Positions 47,930 to 56,651 of a stretch of DNA of 64,000 bases are shown one piece after another. Made by a program: the position numbers and the translations under genes. Positions within the stretch are counted from its first letter, which is position 1. Every line of letters starts with the position of its first letter. The DNA is from an uncultured Alphaproteobacteria bacterium (GTDB lineage Bacteria > Pseudomonadota > Alphaproteobacteria > JAJFIK01), in the NCBI GenBank assembly GCA_964522525.1, contig CAZFWG010000003.1, positions 22,067 to 86,066 on the forward strand, written 5' to 3'. Below the pieces are notes generated by a model. That model did no database searches and was not told the origin of the DNA. It saw nothing but the letters and a program-made list of their open reading frames with translations.

Positions 47930-49474
47930 ATGAGCCGGACTGGAATGATCGCGATGGCGGGCGTCGTCGCGCTTGCGGGCGCTGGCCTCGTTGGCGGGCC
48001 GTTTGTCATCGGCACGATGGCCGAGCAAAAAGTGGCCGACATGGCCAAGGCCTCGGATTCCTATATGGAAAGCATGGGCTTTCCCGGCGGCATAATCGAA
48101 GTCACCGGCTACCAGAAGGGCTGGTTCTCATCCTCGGCAAACTGGAAAACCGCCCTCACCCTTGCGACACCTGAAGGCGAAAAGAGCTTCACCATCGAAC
48201 AGCCCATGACCATTCGTCATGGCCCGGTGTTCTTTGGCCGCGACGGCATGGGCCTCGGCCTCGCGAAAATTGAAATGGAAGCGGAACTGGTGAACCAGAT
48301 GGGCGACCTGTTCGCTCAGATGGGAGAACAACCGGCCGACGTGTCGATGGAGGGAGAATATGTCCTCCAGCAGGGCGTGACCGTGGGCTTTGACGGCAAC
48401 GCCGCCCTGTCCTGTGCGGGCGAACCGGGGACGCTTCAGGTCCTGGGCACCGACGGGCAACGTTTCGACGTGACGATTGGCAATTCGTCTTGCTCCGGAA
48501 CAATGAACCTCGGCGACCTTGCCACCGAAAGTCGCGTCACCATCGACAACGTCACGGTCACGTCCTCAACGGGTGAGACGCCGGTTTCCATGGACGGATT
48601 GCTCTTTGATGGTGACGTTTTCAGGTTTGAAGACGAGATCCCCGTGATCTCCTATCAGTTCAAGATCGATCGCATTACCGGCGACAAGATGAACGTCGCG
48701 GATGTTGCATTGCTGTCGGACATGGCGGTCGACGCGGACCGCAAGATGCGGATCACCAGCAACCTGGATCTGGCCATGGTTGAATTTGATCTGCCCGATG
48801 AGCAGCGCGTGACCGCCGGCCCCATCACCTTTCATTCCGCAGCCAGCGATGTTTCCGTGGATACGTATCGGGAATATCTGGGCCTTGTCCAAAAGATCCT
48901 CGCTCAAGGCGACTATGACGAAAATGGTGAGCTCACGGAGGAAGCGGCGGCGGCCCTGTTGACCAACATGATGGCCGTCGGCGAAGCGATCCTCAAAGAC
49001 GGGCTCGGCATCGAAATCTCGAACCTCTCGATGGCCATGCCCGGTCACGGCCAGGCGGACGGGACCATGACCATCAGCCTGCCCGCGGGCACGCGTTTCG
49101 ATCCGGAACAGCCGAACGCACTTCTCAATCAGTTCACTGGCAACGCGAAGATCGGGGTGGACCGGGACCTGGCGATCCATGTGACCGCCCTGTCCATGAA
49201 AGGCCAACCCATGGTCCAAGGCGCGACCGCCGAAGAACTGCGCGAATTCGCCACCGCGACGGTCGATCAGACAGTGGCGCAATTGCCCTATCTGGAACTG
49301 GACGGCGGGCGGATCGTCGCCACGGCGGCCCTGCAGGACGGCGCGCTCACCATCAACGAGCTCCCGCCCCTGCGCATCGATGACCTGATCGCCGCTGCCA
49401 ATGCGGCGAACGGGGCGGCTCCGGAGCCGGAAACGCCCGGCGTCGAAGAAACGGTCCCGGAAGACCAGCCATAA
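47930..49474 (+). CDS. YdgA/DUF945-family exported protein
   Basis: N-terminal anchor, Y.KGWFSS motif, I.HGP, and a C-terminal G.LTING-like end. Confidence 0.75.
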   Translation: MSRTGMIAMAGVVALAGAGLVGGPFVIGTMAEQKVADMAKASDSYMESMGFPGGIIEVTGYQKGWFSSSANWKTALTLATPEGEKSFTIEQPMTIRHGPVFFGRDGMGLGLAKIEMEAELVNQMGDLFAQMGEQPADVSMEGEYVLQQGVTVGFDGNAALSCAGEPGTLQVLGTDGQRFDVTIGNSSCSGTMNLGDLATESRVTIDNVTVTSSTGETPVSMDGLLFDGDVFRFEDEIPVISYQFKIDRITGDKMNVADVALLSDMAVDADRKMRITSNLDLAMVEFDLPDEQRVTAGPITFHSAASDVSVDTYREYLGLVQKILAQGDYDENGELTEEAAAALLTNMMAVGEAILKDGLGIEISNLSMAMPGHGQADGTMTISLPAGTRFDPEQPNALLNQFTGNAKIGVDRDLAIHVTALSMKGQPMVQGATAEELREFATATVDQTVAQLPYLELDGGRIVATAALQDGALTINELPPLRIDDLIAAANAANGAAPEPETPGVEETVPEDQP

Positions 49475-49481
49475 CGCCCCT

Positions 49482-50000
49482 TCAGGTCAGCAGGCCCAGC
49501 CCCGCGATGTGGTCCAGATAGATCGCCGCGTCGCGGATATCGAACACGAACGAAAACAGGATCACGAGGGTGATCCACCCGGACCATAGGGCGTAGGCGG
49601 AACGTTCCTTCAGGAAGGGCCGGCGCGTCAGAAGCATGTAAAGCGCGGGCGACCAGAAGATCAGGTGGAGCAGCGCCACGAGGCCCGACAGGATCACGAT
49701 ATCCGTCTGACTGCCGAGAATGCGTCCCACGGCGATCGAGGTGATGATACCGCCCACGGCCCAGCGCGCCTCGACCCGCCACCAGACGAAGATGAGCCCC
49801 AGCGCAAAACTGGCGAGCATGATCAGGATCCAGATCTGCACCCATCGGGGCGTATTGGCCTGACCCTCGGCATCCCACACCTGAAGGGCGCCGTGACCTG
49901 GCTCGTAAGTCTGCGCCCCGGCGCCGCCGGCGAAGAACACGCCGATCACGCCGGCAACAACGACCAGAGCGGCGAGACGGCCCCTATTTCCGACAGTCAT
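49482..50000 (-). CDS. Hypothetical membrane protein
   Basis: Signal/TM-rich 172-aa ORF containing GLVALLHLIFWSPAL. Confidence 0.65.
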   Translation of the reverse strand: MTVGNRGRLAALVVVAGVIGVFFAGGAGAQTYEPGHGALQVWDAEGQANTPRWVQIWILIMLASFALGLIFVWWRVEARWAVGGIITSIAVGRILGSQTDIVILSGLVALLHLIFWSPALYMLLTRRPFLKERSAYALWSGWITLVILFSFVFDIRDAAIYLDHIAGLGLLT

Positions 50001-50091
50001 TTCATCCCTCCCAAGGCTGTTTGGGTCAGCCTATCGCCCGATCCACGGGAAGAGAATGCCCGTCCTGCCGCCAGGGGATGTATCGCAGCCC

Positions 50092-51111
50092 TCAAGCGTC
50101 CGCCGGGCCGGACACTTTGGCCTCGTCAAAAGTCGCCATGCCCCTATGGACGCTGACCGCGGCCTGGACCACATGGAGCGCGAGCGCGGCACCCGAGGCC
50201 TCGCCAAGGCGCATGTCAAAATCCAGAAGCGGCCTTTTGCCAATCTTGTCGAGCAATCGGCGGTGGCCGGGCTCCGCCGACACATGGGCCGCCAGGCAAT
50301 GATCCAAGGCGCCCGCATCGATCCGGTACAGAACGGCGGCGGCGGCGGTCACCGCATAGCCGTCGAGCAGGACCGGCACCCGCGCCATGCGCGCGGCGAT
50401 GATGGCCCCGGCAATGGCGGCGAATTCCCGCCCTCCGACCCGGCGCAAAACCTCCAATGGATCATTGAGGGCCTGCCCGTGAAAGGCGATGGCATCGCGG
50501 ACCACGGCGGTCTTGCGCGCAAGACCCTCTTCGCTCACGCCGGTCCCGCGTCCGACCCAGTCCTCGGGCGCGCCCCCAAACAGGGCACAGGCAAGCGCGG
50601 CCGCGATGGTCGTGTTGCCGATCCCCATATCGCCCAGACATAGAACATCCGGTGTCTGAGCAACCGCCTCCATGCCGAAGGCCATGGTGGCCGCGCAATC
50701 CCGCTCCGACAGGGCGGCCGCACCCGTAATGTCCGGGGTCGGCACATCGAGGGCCAGATCGAACACCTTGAGCCCCGCGCCACAGCTCAAGGCGAGCTGA
50801 TTGACCGCCCCGCCCCCGGCCGCGAAGGTCTCGACCATCTGACGCGTGACACTCGAGGGATAGGCCGACACCCCCTTTTCCGCCACGCCGTGATTCGCGG
50901 CATAGATGGCGATCTGAAGTTTGGCCGCATGGGGCGGCGCCTTGCCCTGCCAGGCGGCAAGCCATTCGACGATTTCTTCCAGCCGGCCGAGGGAACCCTC
51001 GGGTTTAACGAGCGTGCGTTCGCGATTGCGAACCTTGAACAGAACCTCTTCATGGGCCGGAGGCAGCGCTTTGAACAGATTGCGGATATCGTCGAAAGGC
51101 GAAGACGCCAC
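50092..51111 (-). CDS. cobT: Nicotinate-nucleotide--dimethylbenzimidazole phosphoribosyltransferase
   Basis: KPEGSLGRLE, ANHGV, MGIGNTT, GGREFAA and MRLGEASGAAL. Confidence 0.95.
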   Translation of the reverse strand: MASSPFDDIRNLFKALPPAHEEVLFKVRNRERTLVKPEGSLGRLEEIVEWLAAWQGKAPPHAAKLQIAIYAANHGVAEKGVSAYPSSVTRQMVETFAAGGGAVNQLALSCGAGLKVFDLALDVPTPDITGAAALSERDCAATMAFGMEAVAQTPDVLCLGDMGIGNTTIAAALACALFGGAPEDWVGRGTGVSEEGLARKTAVVRDAIAFHGQALNDPLEVLRRVGGREFAAIAGAIIAARMARVPVLLDGYAVTAAAAVLYRIDAGALDHCLAAHVSAEPGHRRLLDKIGKRPLLDFDMRLGEASGAALALHVVQAAVSVHRGMATFDEAKVSGPADA

Positions 51112-51137
51112 GGTAGTCTCCCGATGTCAGGTGCACC

Positions 51138-51974
51138 ATGTCAGTGAGTGACGACGACCCTAACCGTCAGGACGCCCAAGGCCAATCGGTGGGAATGTCC
51201 TATCGCATGGTTGATATCGGCCGTGATCTGTTGCTCGCGCTCGTCTTCCTGACCCGCCTGCCCGCGCCCCGTTTCACACCGGGTCCGCTCCGCCGGGCAG
51301 TCTGGGCGTTTCCGCTCATCGGTGTCCTTGTCGGCGCGATATCGGGCCTGGCCTATGGGCTTGGCGCGGCAATTGGCCTGGGGCCCTTGCCGGCCGCAAC
51401 CCTCGGTGTGGCGGCCGGTCTCTGGGTCACGGGCGCTCTCCATGAGGACGGCCTTGCGGATACGGCCGACGGGCTCGGCGGGGGCCGGGATCGTGAGGCC
51501 AAGCTCATGATCATGCGGGACAGCCGGATCGGCGTTTACGGCATGGCGGCGCTTGTGTTGGCTCTTGTGTTGAAGATCGCATTGATCGCGCAGCTTGCCG
51601 CGCCCGGCCAAGTTTTCGTGGCCCTGATCGGCGCCAGCGCCCTGTCCCGGGCGAAACTTGTTGTTCTGATGTATGTCCTGAAGCCTGCGCGGGCAGACGG
51701 CCGGGCGGCGGAGGCCGGTCGTCCCTCCGGCCTTGTGACGTTCATTGCCTTCGCCATCGGCGGCACCATCCAGGTCATCGGCGCCGGTTTCGACATCACG
51801 GCCCAGAGTCTCGTCCTCGGCAGCGGTCTTGTCGTTTTGGCCATGGTGGGCCTCGTGGCCCGGCGTCAGATCGGCGGTCAGACGGGGGACATTCTGGGCG
51901 CGGCTCAAGTCACGACAGAGCTGGCCTTGCTGGCCGCGTTCGTCAGCCTCACGGCGCCTTACATCGCGCCTTGA
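51138..51974 (+). CDS. cobS: Adenosylcobinamide-GDP ribazoletransferase (cobalamin synthase)
   Basis: FLTRLP, TGALHEDGLADTADG, IMRDSRIG and GGQTGDILGA. The start could be 51195 or 51207. Confidence 0.95.
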   Translation: MSVSDDDPNRQDAQGQSVGMSYRMVDIGRDLLLALVFLTRLPAPRFTPGPLRRAVWAFPLIGVLVGAISGLAYGLGAAIGLGPLPAATLGVAAGLWVTGALHEDGLADTADGLGGGRDREAKLMIMRDSRIGVYGMAALVLALVLKIALIAQLAAPGQVFVALIGASALSRAKLVVLMYVLKPARADGRAAEAGRPSGLVTFIAFAIGGTIQVIGAGFDITAQSLVLGSGLVVLAMVGLVARRQIGGQTGDILGAAQVTTELALLAAFVSLTAPYIAP

Positions 51975-53326
51975 AGCGGTCCGGAGACGCGAATGCGCGC
52001 GCCGCCATCGGGCGGATTGTCAAACGCGATGTCGAAGCCAAGCCGCGCGCAAAGCTGGCGCACGATGGGCAGGCCGAGGCCGTTTGAGCCTGCGCGACCC
52101 GCCAGAAAATCCGAATCAGGATCGTCCCCCAGACTGCGCAGGACAGAGGGCGGGAAGCCGGGCCCGTCATCCTGGATGGTCAGATCGAAACGGGTGGGCG
52201 AACATCCCAGGAGCAGCGCCACATTGCCCCCCAACCGCCCATGGCGAATGGCATTGTGGACAAGATTGGTCAGGATGCGTTCCACCAGGATCGGGTCGCC
52301 CTCGATGGTCACCGGATCATCGGGCCAGCCCGCTTCGACGCCGATGCCCCGATGGGCACCCAGTACCTTGAAGCGGGTTGCTGTGCGTTCCACCATGGCC
52401 CGAAGATCGACGGGCATGGAGGCCGTTTCCATCAGCCCACCCCGGATGCGCGCCGCCGTCTCCATGTTCTCCATCAGGGCGGCAACATACTGGATTTCGC
52501 CCAAGGTCCGCGCGAAGGCGTCGTCCCGGTCCGGTCCGGGCGCGGCCGAGGCGGCCCGCTGGAGGTTGAGTTGCATGGTCGCGAGCGGCGTTTTCAGGTC
52601 ATGGGCAACGGCCCCCATCAGGCCTTCAAGTTCGCTTGCCCGCTGTTCCAGCAAATGCGCGTCCGCCTTGATGCGCTGATCGGCCCGCACAAGGGATCGG
52701 GCGATGACGGATAAATCTTCCCAGTCATCAAAACGGGTAAGGGCAAAATCCGCCTTTCCCACATCGCCGGCGGCCTGACTGGCCGCCGCCACCCGCCTCA
52801 ATAGGGGCCGGGCGGCAAACAGATAGGCCCCCAAACTCGCCCCCACGACCGCCATCCCCATCAGGACAAGGATGGCCCCGCGAAAATCGCCGCGAAACAG
52901 GGGCACCGCCGTCATGGTGACCTGCACGAGGCCGCAGGGGCTCTCCTTGGATCGGCGGAGGAGGGCCTGGGTTCCCTTGCCCAGGGGCCAGCCCAACATG
53001 ACGGCCTGCCGGCGACCGCTTTCCGTGATCCGGCGGACCAGTTTGGGATTGAGTTCCGCGCCCCGGGTCCGCGGCTCGAGCGTGTTCGCGTCGAAAAGGG
53101 CCGCCTGCAGGGGCCCGACACGGATCGGACGGCGCGGCGGGCGTCCGGCCTCGCAGGCCCGCAGCGCCCGGCGGACGGCCGGTGTCTCGATCCGCTGCGC
53201 ATTGCTGACCACATAACGGGCCATGATCAGGGAGGTTGCCGCGCCGGCGAGCAGCACACCGCACAGGGCGAAAAGAGCCGTAGTCAGAATAATGCGCGTG
53301 ACGAGCCACGGACGCCGTTTCATCAC
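51959..53326 (-). CDS. Sensor histidine kinase
   Basis: Two TM segments, AHDLKTPL H-box, NLVHNAIRH N-box, DDGPG and GLGLPIV. Confidence 0.93.
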   Translation of the reverse strand: MMKRRPWLVTRIILTTALFALCGVLLAGAATSLIMARYVVSNAQRIETPAVRRALRACEAGRPPRRPIRVGPLQAALFDANTLEPRTRGAELNPKLVRRITESGRRQAVMLGWPLGKGTQALLRRSKESPCGLVQVTMTAVPLFRGDFRGAILVLMGMAVVGASLGAYLFAARPLLRRVAAASQAAGDVGKADFALTRFDDWEDLSVIARSLVRADQRIKADAHLLEQRASELEGLMGAVAHDLKTPLATMQLNLQRAASAAPGPDRDDAFARTLGEIQYVAALMENMETAARIRGGLMETASMPVDLRAMVERTATRFKVLGAHRGIGVEAGWPDDPVTIEGDPILVERILTNLVHNAIRHGRLGGNVALLLGCSPTRFDLTIQDDGPGFPPSVLRSLGDDPDSDFLAGRAGSNGLGLPIVRQLCARLGFDIAFDNPPDGGARIRVSGPLQGAM

Positions 53327-54009
53327 TCGGTTGCTCCCGGCTCGAAGCGCCAGCCGATGCCCCAGACGGTCTGGATGGCGCTGCCGGCCGGACCGAGTTT
53401 GGAGCGGATCCTGGAGACGTGGCTGTCCACGGTGCGGTCGAAACGCTCCCCCGATTCCGGCATGGCGTGATCGGCCAACATGGCGCGGGTCACGGCCCGG
53501 CCCGGACGCAAGGCCATATAGGTAAGGATATCAAACTCCGTGGGCGTGAGAGCGATTTCCTTGTCCCCACACTGGAGCAGCCTTGCATCGAGATCAATGC
53601 GGCAGTCCCCGAACCTGATTTCCGTGCGGTGGGACTGGTGCGCTTCGGCACGCAGCCTTGTCCGGATGCGGGCGACAAGCTCTTCGATGAAGAAGGGTTT
53701 GGACAGATAATCCACCGCCCCTTCCGTGAAAGACCGCAGGCGCGTGGAGAGGTCCGCATTGGCCGTCAGGATAATGACGGGGACGGACCATTCACGAACC
53801 AGCTGGGGCAGCACCGACCAGCCGTCCCGCTCGGGCATGTTGATGTCGAGGAGCACCAGGTCGAACTGGTTCTGCTCAAGGGCCTCCTCGGCCGCCGTGG
53901 CGCCGTCGGCCGCCGTCACCTCATAGCCGTACCGGGCCAGACCACGGACCACTTCCTCACTCAAGCCCGCCTCGTCATCGACCAGCAGGATCCGGGCGCG
54001 TTCGCTCAT
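53323..54009 (-). CDS. OmpR-family response regulator
   Basis: LLVDDE, LLDINMP, DYLSKPF and wHTH segment RTVDSHVSRIRSKL...TVWGIGW. Start trimmed to MSERAR. Confidence 0.95.
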   Translation of the reverse strand: MSERARILLVDDEAGLSEEVVRGLARYGYEVTAADGATAAEEALEQNQFDLVLLDINMPERDGWSVLPQLVREWSVPVIILTANADLSTRLRSFTEGAVDYLSKPFFIEELVARIRTRLRAEAHQSHRTEIRFGDCRIDLDARLLQCGDKEIALTPTEFDILTYMALRPGRAVTRAMLADHAMPESGERFDRTVDSHVSRIRSKLGPAGSAIQTVWGIGWRFEPGATE

Positions 54010-54126
54010 GCCCCATCCTTCCCAGCAATCCATCTCGCCCGCAGGCATAGAGCGTTTTCAGCACAAGATCCAATGGGTCGGGACCAGGCGCAACCTTCCA
54101 TGAAAGCCGCGCCTGGACACCTCGCG

Positions 54127-54693
54127 TCAGTTCCGGCGACGTCCCCGGGCCGCGCCGCGTCCGCCGGCCTTGCCGCGTCCCTTGACCGCGCCCCGGCCGA
54201 CGGCAACGCCCCGACCACTGACGGTCCCGGTGCCGGTCTTGGTGCGCACGCGTCCGTTGGAATCCCGATAAATCGCCGTGCCCGTGCCGGTCGCCGTGCC
54301 GCGACCCCGGGCAATCCCGTTACCGGCCGCCGCGCCGCGGCCTTTGACCCGACCGGTACCGACCCGGGCTTCCTGGACCGTGCCTTGACCGGCGACGGTG
54401 CCGGTTCCGGCAACCGCGCCCTCACCGACCGCAATGCCCCGGCCATTGACCGTGCCGGTGCCCGTCTTGGTGCGCAACTGGCCATTGGCATCCCGGTAAA
54501 GAACGGTGCCGGTCCCCGTGGCCGTGCCGGATCCCTTGGCACCGCCGGTGCCCTCGGCGACGCCCGTTCCGGATCTGGGCCCCGTGGTGGACCCGGCTTC
54601 TTCTTCCGCATGGGCCGCGCCGACCGTCATCAAACCCATAACCAGGCTGCCGCAAAGGAGGGCAGCCGATATCCCAGATGTCCGCTTCATCAT
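54127..54693 (-). CDS. Secreted Gly/Thr/Arg-rich hexad-repeat protein
   Basis: GGAG RBS, signal peptide (AHA/EE), 19 GxGxxx hexads and an internal 76-aa duplication. Confidence 0.8.
   Translation of the reverse strand: MMKRTSGISAALLCGSLVMGLMTVGAAHAEEEAGSTTGPRSGTGVAEGTGGAKGSGTATGTGTVLYRDANGQLRTKTGTGTVNGRGIAVGEGAVAGTGTVAGQGTVQEARVGTGRVKGRGAAAGNGIARGRGTATGTGTAIYRDSNGRVRTKTGTGTVSGRGVAVGRGAVKGRGKAGGRGAARGRRRN
54187..54528. repeat. Intragenic imperfect duplication (228-bp offset)
   Basis: GTCTTGGTGCGCA starts at 54236 and 54464. The flanking sequence encodes GTATGTGTxxYRDxNGxxRTKTGTGTVxGRGxAVG twice. Confidence 0.8.
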
Positions 54694-54872
54694 CTTTTCT
54701 ACTCCAGGGTTTCGGTACATCGACGGTCATGTTCCGAAGGCGAACATGATCGCGACACCGTCACGCTGGCAGGGGAATTTTGAGAAGCTTTGGAGGCGTG
54801 GATGAAGAAAACGAAAAACGGCGGATCCGTAGGGGACCCGCCGTTCCTTCAGCAACGGAAAACGTCGCAGGC

Positions 54873-55274
54873 TCAACTGGTTGGCGTGGCCGCGCCGCCG
54901 CCCCGGCGACGTCCCCTCAGGAGCAATTGCAAGACCACTTCCTTGGCCGACATGCCCATCACGATGACCTGGACCAGCAGGGCCCCCAACATGCCGAGGT
55001 CACCGCACAAGGCGTCCTGGATGGCCTGGTGGGCCGCGGCGGTTTCGGGAATGACCGCGATGGCGATGCCGATCACGCTGACGCCGAAGAGCTGAAAGCC
55101 CGTGATTCGATCTTCCTTGGGCAGGAAGCTCTCCGCCAGAATGATGGTCATGAGATAGATCACATAGATCGCCAGGAACGACCCGAAAATCAGCGTGGGC
55201 TTGGCCCAGGGATTGTATTCCAATGCCTCGACCAGCCAGCAGACCTCTTCAGTGGCGAGCGCGGGTATTGTCAT
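54873..55274 (-). CDS. Hypothetical membrane protein (about 3 TM)
   Basis: Hydrophobic ORF co-oriented within the module; start trimmed to MTIPAL. Confidence 0.55.
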   Translation of the reverse strand: MTIPALATEEVCWLVEALEYNPWAKPTLIFGSFLAIYVIYLMTIILAESFLPKEDRITGFQLFGVSVIGIAIAVIPETAAAHQAIQDALCGDLGMLGALLVQVIVMGMSAKEVVLQLLLRGRRRGGGAATPTS

Positions 55275-55294
55275 GACTTGGTCCTCCGTTCCGG

Positions 55295-55726
55295 TTACCG
55301 CGCCTTGCGGAACAATGAGCTGGCACGCGGATCGGAACCCCAAAGGGCCCAACAGCCGCCCCCTTTCTGGCAGGCCTCATGGTTCTGCCAGGAGATCCGC
55401 CCTCCACTGCTGATGGGGACGAGTTTCAACCAGATCTGGGCGCCACCAGGGATGCGCACTTGGGTGATATCGACGATGCGGAAGCGTTGCCCGGGCTGGG
55501 CGACACTTACGACGCTGCCCGGCCATTTGAAGATGCCGCGCGGCGGAGCGTTTCTCAGGTCCACGCTTTTGGAAGCGGTGATCACGACATCGCGGGCCAG
55601 GGTGGTCGGCGCCTGCTGGGCGTCGCTGCGATCGGCGGAGAAAAACGCCGTCGCGAACATGGCCAGAAGGACCGTACAGCTCAGCCAGAACCTTGCCGGG
55701 CGGCCAGTGAAAAAAGAACGCGCCAT
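55295..55726 (-). CDS. Exported hypothetical protein with an SH3b-like domain
   Basis: AGGAA RBS, signal peptide (SDA/QQ), VDLRNAP...VV.VA.PGQRF.I...W.K pattern and a C-terminal C-x5-C pair. Confidence 0.6.
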   Translation of the reverse strand: MARSFFTGRPARFWLSCTVLLAMFATAFFSADRSDAQQAPTTLARDVVITASKSVDLRNAPPRGIFKWPGSVVSVAQPGQRFRIVDITQVRIPGGAQIWLKLVPISSGGRISWQNHEACQKGGGCWALWGSDPRASSLFRKAR

Positions 55727-55929
55727 GGTGGTTCCTTTCCTCTGCGCATTGGAACGGACGCCGAAACTACACCACAGACGGGAGATGGCCACAATGCGAT
55801 GTAGACCTTCGCGCACCGCCTTCAGCCCAATGCGTCCCCTTTCGTGTTCCCGGGCCGAGCTGTTGTGTAAGGTCTCAGTCCAGGGCCACCGCGCGCCCTC
55901 ATAGCCCAAGCCAGGGAGCCCAAGACCCT

Positions 55930-56559
55930 ATGGAGTCCTTTGATACGACCCTCCGCCGGACGCTGAGGGATCATTTGTCCAGTCTCGAGGTCCACCACCA
56001 TGACGGGGACAGGGGTCTGAAACACGCCGCCGTCGCGGTTTGCGTCGTGCGCGCGGGGGAGCGTGAAACGGAGGCCGCCCTCCTCATCACCCGGCGCTCG
56101 TCCCGCCTGAACGCCCATCCCGGCCAATGGGCCTTTCCGGGCGGGCGCCTCGACCCCGGTGAAACACCGCTTGAGGCCGCCCACCGCGAATTGATGGAGG
56201 AACTCGCCCTCACCCTGCCGGATGATGCGCTGCTGGGCCGTCTCGATGACTACGAGACCCGGTCGGGCTATGTGATCAGCCCGTTCGTCTTCTGGGCCGA
56301 AGACATCAGCACCATCGTCCCCAATCCGGATGAAGTGGCCTGGGTCGAACATGTCTCCCTCGGCGCCTTCAAACGGCCGGATCTGGTGGATCCGATTCCG
56401 GGCCCGGACCCGGCGCGGCCCATCCTGCGCCTCAATCTGGGGCCCCATCAAATCAATGCTCCCACGGCGGCGATCCTGTATCAGTTCTGGGAAGTCGCGG
56501 TCTGTGGACGCGTCACCCGCGTCGCCCATTACGACCAGCCGGAATGGGCCTGGCGGTGA
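55930..56559 (+). CDS. Nudix hydrolase, CoA pyrophosphatase-like
   Basis: LNAHPGQWAFPGG and the Nudix box GETPLEAAHRELMEEL. Confidence 0.9.
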   Translation: MESFDTTLRRTLRDHLSSLEVHHHDGDRGLKHAAVAVCVVRAGERETEAALLITRRSSRLNAHPGQWAFPGGRLDPGETPLEAAHRELMEELALTLPDDALLGRLDDYETRSGYVISPFVFWAEDISTIVPNPDEVAWVEHVSLGAFKRPDLVDPIPGPDPARPILRLNLGPHQINAPTAAILYQFWEVAVCGRVTRVAHYDQPEWAWR

Positions 56560-56651
56560 GGCTACCCCACCCGGTTGGCACCTCGACCCGGATCAGCTAG
56601 ACCCACGGTGATCTGACACGTCGTCCAACCTCAATCGTCAGGAGATCTCGG

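Noticed and set aside
50092-51974. Cobalamin riboswitch near cobT/cobS
   Set aside because: The divergent gap is under 100 bp and shows no B12-element core sequences.
54127-54693. Calling the Gly-rich repeat protein a curlin (CsgA/CsgB), collagen or ice-nucleation protein
   Set aside because: It lacks the curlin N/Q ladder (Q-x-G-x-x-N-x-A-x-x-x-Q), the Gly-X-Y triplet period and the AGYGSTxTA repeats. It is reported as a distinct hexad repeat instead.
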